64,000 bases of DNA from Candidatus Poribacteria bacterium (lineage in GTDB: Bacteria; Poribacteria; WGA-4E; WGA-3G), in contig CAXXLX010000001.1 in the NCBI GenBank assembly GCA_963665235.2, positions 3,488,001 to 3,552,000 on the forward strand, in the 5' to 3' direction. Each line of letters starts with the position of its first letter. Within the stretch, counting starts at the first letter, position 1. A program made the position numbers and the translations under genes. Of this stretch, positions 27,805 to 37,931 are shown piece by piece. The notes beneath the pieces were generated by a model. That model did no database searches, was not told the DNA's origin, and saw only the letters and a program-made list of their open reading frames with translations.

Positions 27805-30800
27805 TTATAGCTCTGCACTCACCGTCATCTCTAACCGATGCTCAGGTTTGCGCTGCTTTGTTGAAAGCAGGCGGTAATTGAGCCTAAACAGCAAATCGGT
27901 AAATTTGCGTAATCTATAATCCGCATTGGCGCGCACTTCATGGCTAATGCCTTCGTAAAAATAGTATTGTGCAAAAGGGATACCGCCATCGCTTTTGCCG
28001 GAACCGAGGGTGTGGTGAACCTCTATACGTCCTTTACCAAAAATACCGTAAGTGATACTATTTTTAAAAGAGAGGGTACGCGTCTTTGCATCAGGTTCAT
28101 CGTCAAGTTGTTCTATGTCGGTTGTGCGTTTGTATCCGCCGGTTCCGCTCCATCGGAGCGCGCGACTCAGTTCATACTGAAGTTTCAATTCCGTTGTCTG
28201 CTCAAATTGATGTAAATCGGAAATGGGTGTTGATGAAAACAGCTCGGAGTCAGAAACGACATCTGTTCCCGCTGTTTCAGATTCAGGAAAATGGAGTTGA
28301 CTGTATCTCTCAGTTTCGCGGCGTTGCTCCCAGTTTGCACCGACTGAGAACCGCTGCGTTGGATTGACTGAAAATGCCGCATCCCATGTTCGATAATTCC
28401 TATACCGTTCCTGTGTGTTAATCCGCCGATTGAGGGTACGTCCATTTCGAAAATTGACCTCAAAGCGGAACTGAGGTGAGGGTGAAAAATCGAGGCGATG
28501 GTGTTGGTTAACGCGTCCAAAGAGCGTTTGTGAACCTTGTAGACTTTGAAGCAGATAGAGGGATATAGCGTCTTCCGCTTCCTGCTCCTCGGTGAGCCAC
28601 AATCGCGTTTGGACTCCGAGGGCGTTTAAGAACCACGTGAATGGTTGTCGTCTTTCAGTCTTCGTAGCGGCGAGGTCGCCTCGCTCGTTCCTCGGGGGGA
28701 GAGCACTTCGCCGCATGGAATCTGTTGCGGTCGAATTGCGTTGACTTCGAGCACGCCGGGCAAAGAACTGACGGGGTTGGAGCCGGAGTCGGAACGCTGC
28801 GTCTACTGCTGTTGTCGGTTTATCTCCCACGTTTTGGTAAATTTTGATGTATGTGCCCTCTTGTGCATCTTCCACATAGCGGAGGTCGTCTAATCTGACG
28901 TAGAACCCTTCCCCGGGTTGGAGTCGATGTCCTGTGTGCGGGTGGATATCGGTATAGATTTCGCGGCGTTGGGTGGTCAATTTTTTATCCAACTCATAGG
29001 TGAGTTCAATATCAATAGCTCGGCTGAGCGGGGTTAGTTGAAGTGTCACGTCTGCTAGCTGCGTTGTCAGCTCTGGGCCGAGGTCGGTGTGTGATTTTAC
29101 TATCCGCCGTGTGAGGTTTGTCCGCACTGATGCCCACTGTCCCTGCTGCGAAAAGAGTCCGACGCGCCACGTTCGCGCAGTGTTTTGTTGCATCCAATCG
29201 GAGACACCTAACGTTTCGCCATCTACCGTTAGCAGTGGTGTCTTGGCAAAACCTGTCTCAATTTCATAGCTTGTATTGATAGATGCCCACTTGAACTTAA
29301 CGAGATTGACGCGTCCGGCACTGCGGTTCCGTTTGCGGTTCAACGCGGCGGTGTAATCATCAAGGGCGGTGAAACGTTCATACGTGCCGATGAATTCAAA
29401 TGGAGAAAGCAGATAGGAGAGACTCCCCTCGTGTCGAGATTTATGGAGATTTTCCGCCACCTCCGTGCTGTGCCCGTTTTCTGTATGGGACGCACTGCGG
29501 TAGGCGTTCCAGCGAAGACTCGGCAATTTTTCTAGGAAAGATTTTTTAACGTTTTGTGCTGGACCGCCGGTTTCGTCTGTGCGGGTTCGCGTGTCCGATA
29601 CATCCCGCTCCCCCGAAGGTAGCGGTTCATATATTCCGCTATTGAAATGCCCTCTCCCCTGAGAAGGAGGGTAGGGGGGTTGGAGAGAGCCGCCTCTGAA
29701 CGAACGCCGATTGAAATGAATTCCCCAGTTGAGATTATTGCGCAGCAAGATAGCAGTTGCGGCGGCTTCTTGGGCTCCGACCTCCCTTTCAACAGTTCGA
29801 CCTGCCCCTAAATTCAGCTGTATCCACGGATAGGGCAGTGCCTGGAGGTCAAGAGTTAGTGTCCGCTCGTCACGCAAAGGTTTGAAAGACACTGCCCCTG
29901 TGTCCCCAAATAGGAGAGCATCCTCAAACCCCTCTGTGGCGTATTGCGTTTCATAACGTGCGCGGGTCCGGTTGCTGTGTGAGGCACCGACCGGTACAAA
30001 GTCGGCATCGTAGGAGCGGATATCTAGGTTACCGCTGAATTTATCCCATCCTGCATGCCCGATAAGTTTCCATGCCTGACTTGCTCGTTTCCGGTCTACG
30101 GTGGAGTAGGTATTGTTATCGATGGCACTAAAGGATAGTTGTCCATCAATCCACGCCTGTTCTGTAAGATTGAGGCGGCTCTCTAATCCCCACACGGTAT
30201 GTTTCTGTGGGGGGGTGAGGAGAAAGCCATCGCCATCTGGGTCAAGTATGTTTTGGCGAAGTGCTGCCAAGTCGTCTTCATCAATCAGGATAAGTGCTTG
30301 GTCAGGTTGATTCAGGTCGGATTCCACTGCGTAGGCGGCACCGAACGTCAGTTTTTCCCCTGGCAATATGAAGACGCTGCTGATGCCGTAAACATTTTGC
30401 TGATACGCTCGGTCTTCTGGAATATATTCGAAATCGACCCGAATTACGTCGTTGCTTGTTATGAGATGCTTGCTATTGAATTCAACAATCGGGTCGCCGT
30501 ATTCACGGACGACGTAATCGTTGTTTTCGCCGCGGCGCATCTTCTCACCGTTCAACCAGACAATTTCGCTCCCTGCTTTTACAATGACGAACTGCCCATT
30601 GACATCGAGGCGATATTCACTGCGTCCCTCCTGCCCCTGAATGACCTTGCTGGTGGATAAACCTTTCGGGATGGCACTCGGAATGAGGTGGAATCTGCCC
30701 CATGAAAAATCTCCCGCGACCTTCACTCCCTCTAATGCGCGTGGAAAAAAGATGAACTCGGATGGGCCAAGTGTCCCCTGCAAATCGCCCAGTGTGCCTG

Positions 30801-31557
30801 TCACGTTGGGGTGCATGATGAGCACCTGCTTCTCGTCGATGTCCTGAATATCCTCTGTCATTCCCTCTGGTTGGATAGGTAAATCTTGGTCGGAGAGCGT
30901 TGCAAGCACTTTGATGTTGTCCGAGACGTTTCCTTTTACATTGATTCGGAGTTCATGGTTCGGTGAGAATGTCCGTCCACTGCCGACCGAAATTCCAAAC
31001 GTCTGGCTCCCGGAATACTCTAATTGCGATTCTGGCTGCAAAGTGGCGGTACCGGGCTGCGGACTTTGCAAATCGGGACGCGAAATCTCCGCTATAGGTG
31101 TTGAATCGAGTGCTGCATCGGGCTCTTGTGTTCCGTAGAGCTCCCGTCGATATACCTTTTGGAATCTAAACGGCAGTGTATGATACGTTAGCGTCCACGT
31201 TACGTCTTTCTGTGTTACCACTGCGTCTTCAAAGGTAATTGTGCCGGTTAAGAAATCGATGTGATAATGTTTTCCACGTCCCAGAACTTCGCCATCAGCC
31301 CCGGTTATCCGTTCAGTGTTCAGAAGAATGGGGGGATACCTGACTGTCCAAGTTGTCTCGCCTGCTTTGAGCTGAAACCGCTCCGACTTTTGAATGAGGG
31401 AGAAGGTAGGAAGTTTGAGCGGGGGGATGTGTTCTTGTGCAGGGGCAGGTAGGACACACAAAAGGAGAAAAGCAATACGGAAGAACGGCAGGCACGTTTC
31501 CTTTATCCACGCTACGTTCCTTTGACCTTTCTGTCGTTCAACGGTAGGTGTTATCAT
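27805..31557 (-). CDS. large outer-membrane beta-barrel-like hypothetical protein
   Basis: Signal peptide; SDQDLPIQPEG and GSExVWLNG..RG..DY motifs seen in SprA-like proteins; amphipathic beta-strand C-terminus. Confidence 0.7.
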   Translation of the reverse strand: MITPTVERQKGQRNVAWIKETCLPFFRIAFLLLCVLPAPAQEHIPPLKLPTFSLIQKSERFQLKAGETTWTVRYPPILLNTERITGADGEVLGRGKHYHIDFLTGTITFEDAVVTQKDVTWTLTYHTLPFRFQKVYRRELYGTQEPDAALDSTPIAEISRPDLQSPQPGTATLQPESQLEYSGSQTFGISVGSGRTFSPNHELRINVKGNVSDNIKVLATLSDQDLPIQPEGMTEDIQDIDEKQVLIMHPNVTGTLGDLQGTLGPSEFIFFPRALEGVKVAGDFSWGRFHLIPSAIPKGLSTSKVIQGQEGRSEYRLDVNGQFVIVKAGSEIVWLNGEKMRRGENNDYVVREYGDPIVEFNSKHLITSNDVIRVDFEYIPEDRAYQQNVYGISSVFILPGEKLTFGAAYAVESDLNQPDQALILIDEDDLAALRQNILDPDGDGFLLTPPQKHTVWGLESRLNLTEQAWIDGQLSFSAIDNNTYSTVDRKRASQAWKLIGHAGWDKFSGNLDIRSYDADFVPVGASHSNRTRARYETQYATEGFEDALLFGDTGAVSFKPLRDERTLTLDLQALPYPWIQLNLGAGRTVEREVGAQEAAATAILLRNNLNWGIHFNRRSFRGGSLQPPYPPSQGRGHFNSGIYEPLPSGERDVSDTRTRTDETGGPAQNVKKSFLEKLPSLRWNAYRSASHTENGHSTEVAENLHKSRHEGSLSYLLSPFEFIGTYERFTALDDYTAALNRKRNRSAGRVNLVKFKWASINTSYEIETGFAKTPLLTVDGETLGVSDWMQQNTARTWRVGLFSQQGQWASVRTNLTRRIVKSHTDLGPELTTQLADVTLQLTPLSRAIDIELTYELDKKLTTQRREIYTDIHPHTGHRLQPGEGFYVRLDDLRYVEDAQEGTYIKIYQNVGDKPTTAVDAAFRLRLQPRQFFARRARSQRNSTATDSMRRSALPPRNERGDLAATKTERRQPFTWFLNALGVQTRLWLTEEQEAEDAISLYLLQSLQGSQTLFGRVNQHHRLDFSPSPQFRFEVNFRNGRTLNRRINTQERYRNYRTWDAAFSVNPTQRFSVGANWEQRRETERYSQLHFPESETAGTDVVSDSELFSSTPISDLHQFEQTTELKLQYELSRALRWSGTGGYKRTTDIEQLDDEPDAKTRTLSFKNSITYGIFGKGRIEVHHTLGSGKSDGGIPFAQYYFYEGISHEVRANADYRLRKFTDLLFRLNYRLLSTKQRKPEHRLEMTVSAEL

Positions 31558-32630
31558 TCTGTTTTTGAGGGGTCTGATGTCGAATTGACTTTAAATATCA
31601 CCCGAAAGACCTTAATATCATTGGCTTCCGCGTCGCTCACGAAGACGAGCCCTTCCGCTGAAACGGCGATGCCGTTCGGGTGCAGCAAGGTGTTTGTGCT
31701 GAATTCTGTAACGGCGTGTCCTTCAGGTGTAAAGATTTGAATACGGCGGTTACCGCTGTCGGTGACGTAAACATTGTTCCATGCATCTAAAGCGAGCCGC
31801 TTCGGTTGTTGAAATTGCCCGAGTGCTTCGCCTTCCGTTCCCCAGGTCATGACAGGATTTCCGCTGAAATCGTAGCACTGAATGCGATGGTTGCCTGTAT
31901 CCACGACGTATACAGTGCCGTGTGCATCAACGGTGAGGTCGGTAGGGTGCCAAAACTGCTCTCTGCCGCTTCCGAAACTGCCGAGTGTGCTAACAGGTGC
32001 CCGGTCGCTGCTGAATTGGAGCCAGCGATGATTGCGGGTGTCCACTACGGACACCTCGCCGTTCCGCCCGATACCGATGCCTTCTGGGGCATCTAACTGA
32101 AACGAAACGGGTGCAGTTGTTGTGAGCAGGTAAAAGATGCGGTTCACTATATTGCAGAACTGCACGCGATTGTTGCCTGTATCTGCCACGTAGAGCAGGT
32201 AGTTCCGTTCAAAGCTGAGTGCTACGTCGGTAGGGAAATCGAATTGTCCTTCACGCCACCCGCGGCTTCCGAATTCGGTGACGAAGTGTCCATCGCTGTC
32301 GATAACTTGCACGCGGTTGTTTCCAGCGTCCGCGATGTAAAGTTGTCCGTGGTCATCAACGACTAGCCCGGCAGGTTTGTGGAATTCTCCTGCGCCTTGT
32401 CCCGCTCTGCCGAGCGTTTTGACGTAGTTGATGCCCAATATAGGTGGCGATTTCCGTTCCCGAATTGAGGGCACGATATCTACAGTCGGAATCCCTTGGG
32501 ATGGCGATGTGCCTGCATCGTTTGGAGTAGGCACGGTGCAGCTCAGCCAGCAGAGAAAGGACATCGTTATGAGGACAAGATTAACCGCGCTGTACCCTGA
32601 ATTTGAAGACGAATGTCGTTTGCTGGTCAT
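31554..32630 (-). CDS. NHL-repeat (6-blade propeller) lipoprotein
   Basis: Repeated GxFxxPxG...YVADxGNxRVQ motifs; lipobox-like WLSC. Confidence 0.9.
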   Translation of the reverse strand: MTSKRHSSSNSGYSAVNLVLITMSFLCWLSCTVPTPNDAGTSPSQGIPTVDIVPSIRERKSPPILGINYVKTLGRAGQGAGEFHKPAGLVVDDHGQLYIADAGNNRVQVIDSDGHFVTEFGSRGWREGQFDFPTDVALSFERNYLLYVADTGNNRVQFCNIVNRIFYLLTTTAPVSFQLDAPEGIGIGRNGEVSVVDTRNHRWLQFSSDRAPVSTLGSFGSGREQFWHPTDLTVDAHGTVYVVDTGNHRIQCYDFSGNPVMTWGTEGEALGQFQQPKRLALDAWNNVYVTDSGNRRIQIFTPEGHAVTEFSTNTLLHPNGIAVSAEGLVFVSDAEANDIKVFRVIFKVNSTSDPSKTE

Positions 32631-33240
32631 TGAATTCACTCGTTACGCCGGGGATAATAATCCGCAAATTCTTGGACTTGGTGCTCCGTTTTCGGAAATA
32701 GAGGTAAAATGTTGCCTGTCTCATCGGCATAACGGTCGTTTTCTCCGAATCCGCCGTCGGAAGGGCAGCTGCGTCGCCCTGGACCCGGATTGTTTTGTCC
32801 CATCGAAAGACATCCGCAGCGAATTCTGGTGGCAATTTCGGTTTATAGTTCTTCTTGAAGTAGAAGGATTCCTGCGATTTATCTAACGGCTTTATGATGT
32901 TTTTCGCCTGATCAAGCATCCGGCATTCGTTCTTTTTGAAGGATATCCAGTGGGCCGTTTTGTTGTGAAGCAGGATAGCGAACGCGTCCACATTTTTCTC
33001 ATCGTTGAGAGGGACCGCCATGGCGACTATGCCGTTTTTCACATAGATAACGGTGCCTGTTCGTGGCATAATGGTGGCATCCGGATCGAAAACGGGCACT
33101 ATCAGCTCCGGTTTGAGCACATCTGTAACCACATTCTTAACCTTCGTACACCCGGTCAGAAATAGGGTTAAAGCTAAAATCAGTGAAAGTAGTTTGTAGG
33201 TCGGGTTAGCCGACATTTGAAAAGTTAGTAAGTTTTTCAT
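32581..33240 (-). CDS. hypothetical lipoprotein
   Basis: Hydrophobic signal with LTGC lipobox; in operon context. Confidence 0.7.
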   Translation of the reverse strand: MKNLLTFQMSANPTYKLLSLILALTLFLTGCTKVKNVVTDVLKPELIVPVFDPDATIMPRTGTVIYVKNGIVAMAVPLNDEKNVDAFAILLHNKTAHWISFKKNECRMLDQAKNIIKPLDKSQESFYFKKNYKPKLPPEFAADVFRWDKTIRVQGDAAALPTADSEKTTVMPMRQATFYLYFRKRSTKSKNLRIIIPGVTSEFNDQQTTFVFKFRVQRG

Positions 33241-33280
33241 AATATTTCGTAGGTCAGGTTGCTGGCAGTTAAACCGGACA

Positions 33281-34240
33281 TCAGTTGAACTGTGCGAGCG
33301 TCGCTGCTCCAACAAATCCGGCATCTGTGCCCAATTGTGCTGGAACAATCTCCATAGTGCCCGGTATATCTATTGCGCGTTTTCTAAACTCGGCGCGAAT
33401 ATGTTGAAAGAGCAGGTCTTCCCCTGCGGCGGCGATGCCGCCGCCAATAATGGCAATTTGTGGGTTAAGAATATGTGCAATTGATGTTAGTGCAATCCCG
33501 ATGTATCTCCCTGTTTCTGCAAAGATGTCCCGTGCAAGTTTGTCCCCTGCAGTAGCGGCTTCCGCTATCTGCTTCGGTGTCAAGTTTTCTGAATTTAAAG
33601 AGGTTTGTAGGTTTTCTTCTGTTATTTTTTGTAACGTTCGTTCAACGATATGCTGTGCGCCGGCGTAAGCTTCAAGGCATCCCTGGTTTCCACAACCGCA
33701 CTGCCGTCCGGTGGGTTCAACGATGGCGTGTCCAACTTCACCGGCTGCGTGCCTGCTGCCGTGGTAGACCTCCCTGTTTATGACAATGCCGCCGCCGACC
33801 CCTGTTCCAAGCGTGAGGGTGACAAGGTTTTCGTAGCCTCTCCCCGCGCCGTGATGAAGTTCGCCTAACGCCATGACATTTACATCGTTGTCAATAAAGA
33901 GTGGCACCCCCTCTAAATCGGTAAGTGCTGAAGAGAGATATGCTAGAAGCGGAATTTCGTGCCACCCGGGAAAATTCGGTGAAAAATGGACGATACCGTC
34001 CTCCGGAATGACAAGCCCCGGGGCTCCTAGGCCGATTCCGATAAGCTTCGCCTGAATTTCTTCACCGCCTGCCTCCGTGATGATTTGGCGAATAATCTTT
34101 GCAATACGTGTCGCAACCGCCTTCGGGCCTTCATTTGCACGGGTTGAAGACTGCAAACGGGACACAAGTGTCCCATCTGTTGAGACTAATCCCGCTTTGA
34201 TGTCGGTTCCACCGAGGTCTATCCCAATACTATATTTCAT
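33281..34240 (-). CDS. ROK-family sugar kinase (glucokinase)
   Basis: GIDLGGT, DNDVN, GTGVGGG, GEVGH, CGCGNQGCLE. Confidence 0.95.
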   Translation of the reverse strand: MKYSIGIDLGGTDIKAGLVSTDGTLVSRLQSSTRANEGPKAVATRIAKIIRQIITEAGGEEIQAKLIGIGLGAPGLVIPEDGIVHFSPNFPGWHEIPLLAYLSSALTDLEGVPLFIDNDVNVMALGELHHGAGRGYENLVTLTLGTGVGGGIVINREVYHGSRHAAGEVGHAIVEPTGRQCGCGNQGCLEAYAGAQHIVERTLQKITEENLQTSLNSENLTPKQIAEAATAGDKLARDIFAETGRYIGIALTSIAHILNPQIAIIGGGIAAAGEDLLFQHIRAEFRKRAIDIPGTMEIVPAQLGTDAGFVGAATLAQFN

Positions 34241-34244
34241 CGCC

Positions 34245-35483
34245 TTACCATTGAATACGTGCGCCGTCCCCAACGTTACAGAAATAGATGTCGGGTTTGA
34301 TGCCTGTGTTTTGTGTGTATTCTGTCGTAATCTGTTCACGAAACGGCTCTGTTGCCGCTTCACGGACGATGTTGACTGTACATCCCCCGAACCCTGCCCC
34401 GGTCATTCGCGCACCGATGACTCCATCGATGCTTTGGGCAATATCGGTTAGCAGGTTGAGTTCGTCACAACTGACTTCGTAAGCGTCGCGTAAACCTATA
34501 TGTGAGGCATTCATAAGCCTGCCAAATGTTTCAATGTCCCCTGATGTGAGGGCATGAACTGCGTTTTGGACCCGTTCATTCTCTTCAATCACGTACCTAC
34601 ACCTCTTTTGTGTATTCTCAGGCAGTTTTTCTTCATATTTTTTGAAGTCGGTTATTGCGACATCCCGAAGTGAGGTGATAGCGGGTATCTGTTTTTTGAG
34701 AATCTCAACGCCGTTTTCGCATTCGGCACGACGCTGATTATAGGCTGAAGCGGCAAGTTCACGTTTGACGTTGGTGTTGCAGATAACGAGCTGGGCATCG
34801 CCTAACTCAAGGGGGACATGCTTGTACTCCAGAGAACGACAATCCAAAAATAGGGCGTGGTTCGCCTTTCCTAACAACGATATGGTCTGATCCATTATGC
34901 CGCAGTTGACTCCAACATATTCGCTTTCTACCCGTTGGCATAACAGTGCGACCTCTATGGGGGGCAGGTCGATTACCGCAGCCCCGGAGGCGGGGTTTCT
35001 ACTAGGTAACCTCGCTATCTCTAAATCACATGTACCTAAAAAGGCAAGGGTGGCAGCGACGGAAAGTGCCGCTGAAGAACTGAGTCCAGCACCGAGTGGG
35101 ACGTTACCGGTAATGACCGCAGACATGCCGCCTAATGTGTAACCCGCTGGTTGCAACACCTGCTCCTGCAAGAGGTGTGAAACCCCTTTCAGATACCTGC
35201 TCCACGCGGGCAATCCGTTATCGTGTGTGTCCAAGCTGAAAGTGCACGATTCATTTAGGTCTAAGGCGTGAAGATGGACTTGCCGGTCGGTACGCTTACT
35301 TGCGGCGATGCGGATATATCTATCAATTGCGGCGGGGAACACATATCCTTCGTTGTAGTCGGTGTGTTCGCCGATGAGGTTGACTCTGCCGGGCGCGGAA
35401 ACGGTGAACGTTGGCGGATGACCGAAACGGTCACGAAATTCCTGTGCCAATTCATTGCTATAGGTGCGTTCGTTCTGTTTCAT
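34245..35483 (-). CDS. galK: galactokinase
   Basis: APGRVNLIGEHTDYNEG, PLGAGLSSSAA, GARMTGAGFGGC. Confidence 0.97.
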   Translation of the reverse strand: MKQNERTYSNELAQEFRDRFGHPPTFTVSAPGRVNLIGEHTDYNEGYVFPAAIDRYIRIAASKRTDRQVHLHALDLNESCTFSLDTHDNGLPAWSRYLKGVSHLLQEQVLQPAGYTLGGMSAVITGNVPLGAGLSSSAALSVAATLAFLGTCDLEIARLPSRNPASGAAVIDLPPIEVALLCQRVESEYVGVNCGIMDQTISLLGKANHALFLDCRSLEYKHVPLELGDAQLVICNTNVKRELAASAYNQRRAECENGVEILKKQIPAITSLRDVAITDFKKYEEKLPENTQKRCRYVIEENERVQNAVHALTSGDIETFGRLMNASHIGLRDAYEVSCDELNLLTDIAQSIDGVIGARMTGAGFGGCTVNIVREAATEPFREQITTEYTQNTGIKPDIYFCNVGDGARIQW

Positions 35484-35509
35484 CCGATTACCTCTCCTGC
35501 GTTGTTTAT

Positions 35510-36289
35510 TCAGGTGGGTGCAAAGAATTTTAGCAGCGTCTCCAGTGTGGTACGGAGTTCCATTCGTGGGATATAGCAATCAACGTTAATATCCGGAAGG
35601 TGCAGGGTGTTGTCGTCGTGCTTCTCTTGTAGAATTTGCTCCTCCGGGGCATGCGGTGCAGGTTGCAGGTGTTGTCGGGGCGGTTTTTCCGGAGGTGCTG
35701 CGCACTCAACGATAACTATTTCGCCTATGGGAAACCACCGATGCACGGTAAGCGGTGCCCCTTCTGCCTCTGTCAAAACGGTCAGGTACGGGAGCGATGC
35801 TGCTGCCAATTGTTCCAACTGCAAAAGCATCTTTGTGATTTCAGAAAAACGGGGTTTCTGAGTTTCCTCCGTAGGACGTGCAGCAAAAATAGACAGTAAC
35901 GGCCTTGATTGTTCCAACGCATCCGCTATTGCTGCGGAAAAAACAGACTCAGCTAGCTGGCACAGTGAGGTGTCTGCTGCCTGAGAAAAATCGGGAGCGA
36001 CGATAAATAGACTGACCGGGTACCCAGAAATTTTCGAGTGAACAGCGATAGCCGTACTTACCCCGTGTTCGCTTTGGCTTCTAGCTAATATTAACGGGTC
36101 ATCTTCGGCGGTATCCGTAAGGAGTTTCAGCCGGTTTTCGACCGATAACGGGAACAGTGCGCCACAGTGTGGACAAATATGCCCGTTGCGTTCTAGTTCT
36201 CCCTGGAAAGCTACTTCGTTGCAGTGCTCACATTTGTGCCATAAGTTGATGCTTTGCTCAGCGATTTCGGTGTGTGGCAGGGTACGCAT
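35510..36289 (-). CDS. AccD-like protein (zinc ribbon plus degenerate carboxyltransferase-beta fold)
   Basis: LWHKCEHC-x15-CPHC zinc finger and colinear AccD-like segments; catalytic motifs missing. Confidence 0.6.
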   Translation of the reverse strand: MRTLPHTEIAEQSINLWHKCEHCNEVAFQGELERNGHICPHCGALFPLSVENRLKLLTDTAEDDPLILARSQSEHGVSTAIAVHSKISGYPVSLFIVAPDFSQAADTSLCQLAESVFSAAIADALEQSRPLLSIFAARPTEETQKPRFSEITKMLLQLEQLAAASLPYLTVLTEAEGAPLTVHRWFPIGEIVIVECAAPPEKPPRQHLQPAPHAPEEQILQEKHDDNTLHLPDINVDCYIPRMELRTTLETLLKFFAPT

Positions 36290-36315
36290 AATCTGATTTC
36301 CTATTAATACCGTTA

Positions 36316-36660
36316 TTAGAGAAAGCTGGCTATTGCGTCTGCCTCAGTCTCGTATCGGTCAAATATCGTCACGAGTTTTGCCATAACGATGAGACTTCTG
36401 ATGTTTCCACCAATATTGAGGAGAACGACCCTTCCATTCGTGCGTTGGATAGAGGTATAGGCGGCGACGACAACGCCTAAGCCGGAACTATCCATCACTT
36501 GGACCCGTTCCATGTTTAGAACCATGAAGACGGGTTTGCCTTCTGCTGCCTCAACGTGTTCATCAATAATCTCTTTCAGCTTTATTGCATTACGTCCAAT
36601 CAGATTCCCCTCAATATCTAAAATCGTAACGCTTCCTTTGTGTCTTAGGTTGACTTGCAT
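36316..36660 (-). CDS. STAS-domain anti-sigma-factor antagonist
   Basis: MDSSGLG phosphorylation motif. Confidence 0.92.
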   Translation of the reverse strand: MQVNLRHKGSVTILDIEGNLIGRNAIKLKEIIDEHVEAAEGKPVFMVLNMERVQVMDSSGLGVVVAAYTSIQRTNGRVVLLNIGGNIRSLIVMAKLVTIFDRYETEADAIASFL

Positions 36661-37030
36661 AGATACTATTATTACTCCTTTAAAGCTGTGCATTTCTAGG
36701 AAGCTCTCTAGAAATCTAGCTTCTGAATTCTTGTTTGCGCTACCTTTGCTGCCAAGCTGCCGTGGCTTTACAAGGTATGCCTTAGGTGTTCCATCTCTGT
36801 CTTGCTTAACCTACCTGGTTAGGAAACCGCATTTGCATGCGGGTGCCAAATCTTCGCCAGGCGTTAGTACAAGTGTACCATATAACGATTGGAACGTCAA
36901 GAAAAGTCCGCATAATTGACTGATTTGCGAAGCAGAATGAAAGTTAAAACGCTAAAGTGGGCATAAAACACAAGTCTTTAGAGTTCGTTGACACAATAAG
37001 TCCCGACTTAAAGACATAGCGTAAGCTGCT

Positions 37031-37333
37031 TCAGTCCTGTCTGCTCCGTTTTGCAGGGGGTGGAGGCAGATCTATATATACCCTACCTTGGGCTCTACGC
37101 TCTTTCTCTCTTGCCTTCACATAGTCGTAAAGTTCCTCTATAGAATTAAATTGGGCAGCAAACTCTGCTTTCATTCGATAGCATTCTTCAAGGATAGGAT
37201 CTGTCTGCGGTTCAACGTGCTCTTTCATGTGTATCTCCTCAATTAACACCGTGGGTGTACAGAGAGTTGTCGGTTGGTATCCAGCGGCTAGGCAAACGTC
37301 AGTGATATGCTGCCGCTTGGTTTCATTAACAAT
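37031..37333 (-). pseudogene. remnant of PIN-like toxin C-terminus running into a small antitoxin-like ORF (ATG 37228)
   Basis: IVNETKRQHITDVCLAAGYQPTTLCTP in frame with MKEH..TDPILEECYRMK; no upstream start for the first part. Confidence 0.45.
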
Positions 37334-37405
37334 AAAACAGAGGCCTCAGAAGAACAGCGCATGTGCTCCTAGTAGAAGTGCTAACGTCTTCTATCTATAG
37401 GTGGT

Positions 37406-37834
37406 TTACACATCTGGACTTTGCTTATATTTCACCATTTTGACGACGGTGCCCCCTTCTTCGTATGTCACTGAGTCCATACAGTTTTCCATTAGGAAAA
37501 GGCCCCTGCCGCTGTCTTTGAGCAGATTTTCAGGTTCAAGCGGATCGGCGACATCTTCGCGTCGGAACCCGGGCCCCTCATCCTTAATAACGATAGTGAG
37601 TTTCTCCTCATCAATAAAAAACTCAATTGTGGCGGTCTTTGTAGGGTCCTCTTTATTTCCGTGTTTAATTGCGTTTGTCCCCGCTTCAATGACAGCCAAG
37701 TTCACTTGTTCCTGTGTTTCATCATCAAAATTCATCTGTTCCAAAAGATCATTGATGATGGTATCAATTAGAAATATGAACTGCATTGAGCTTGGGAGAG
37801 AAAGGGAAATTCTCCATTGCATTTTCTCGCCCAC
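37406..37834 (-). CDS. RsbW/SpoIIAB-like anti-sigma factor Ser kinase
   Basis: EAGTNAIKHG, DEGPGF, GRGLFLM. Confidence 0.92.
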   Translation of the reverse strand: MGEKMQWRISLSLPSSMQFIFLIDTIINDLLEQMNFDDETQEQVNLAVIEAGTNAIKHGNKEDPTKTATIEFFIDEEKLTIVIKDEGPGFRREDVADPLEPENLLKDSGRGLFLMENCMDSVTYEEGGTVVKMVKYKQSPDV

Positions 37835-37931
37835 GTGTTAAGCTCCTTCCTTTTACAAGTTGTTAGACAGACGTGGATTCCGGGGGAGCAATATAAGATG
37901 CGTTATTCCGTTGCTCCGGTTTTTCTGTTAA

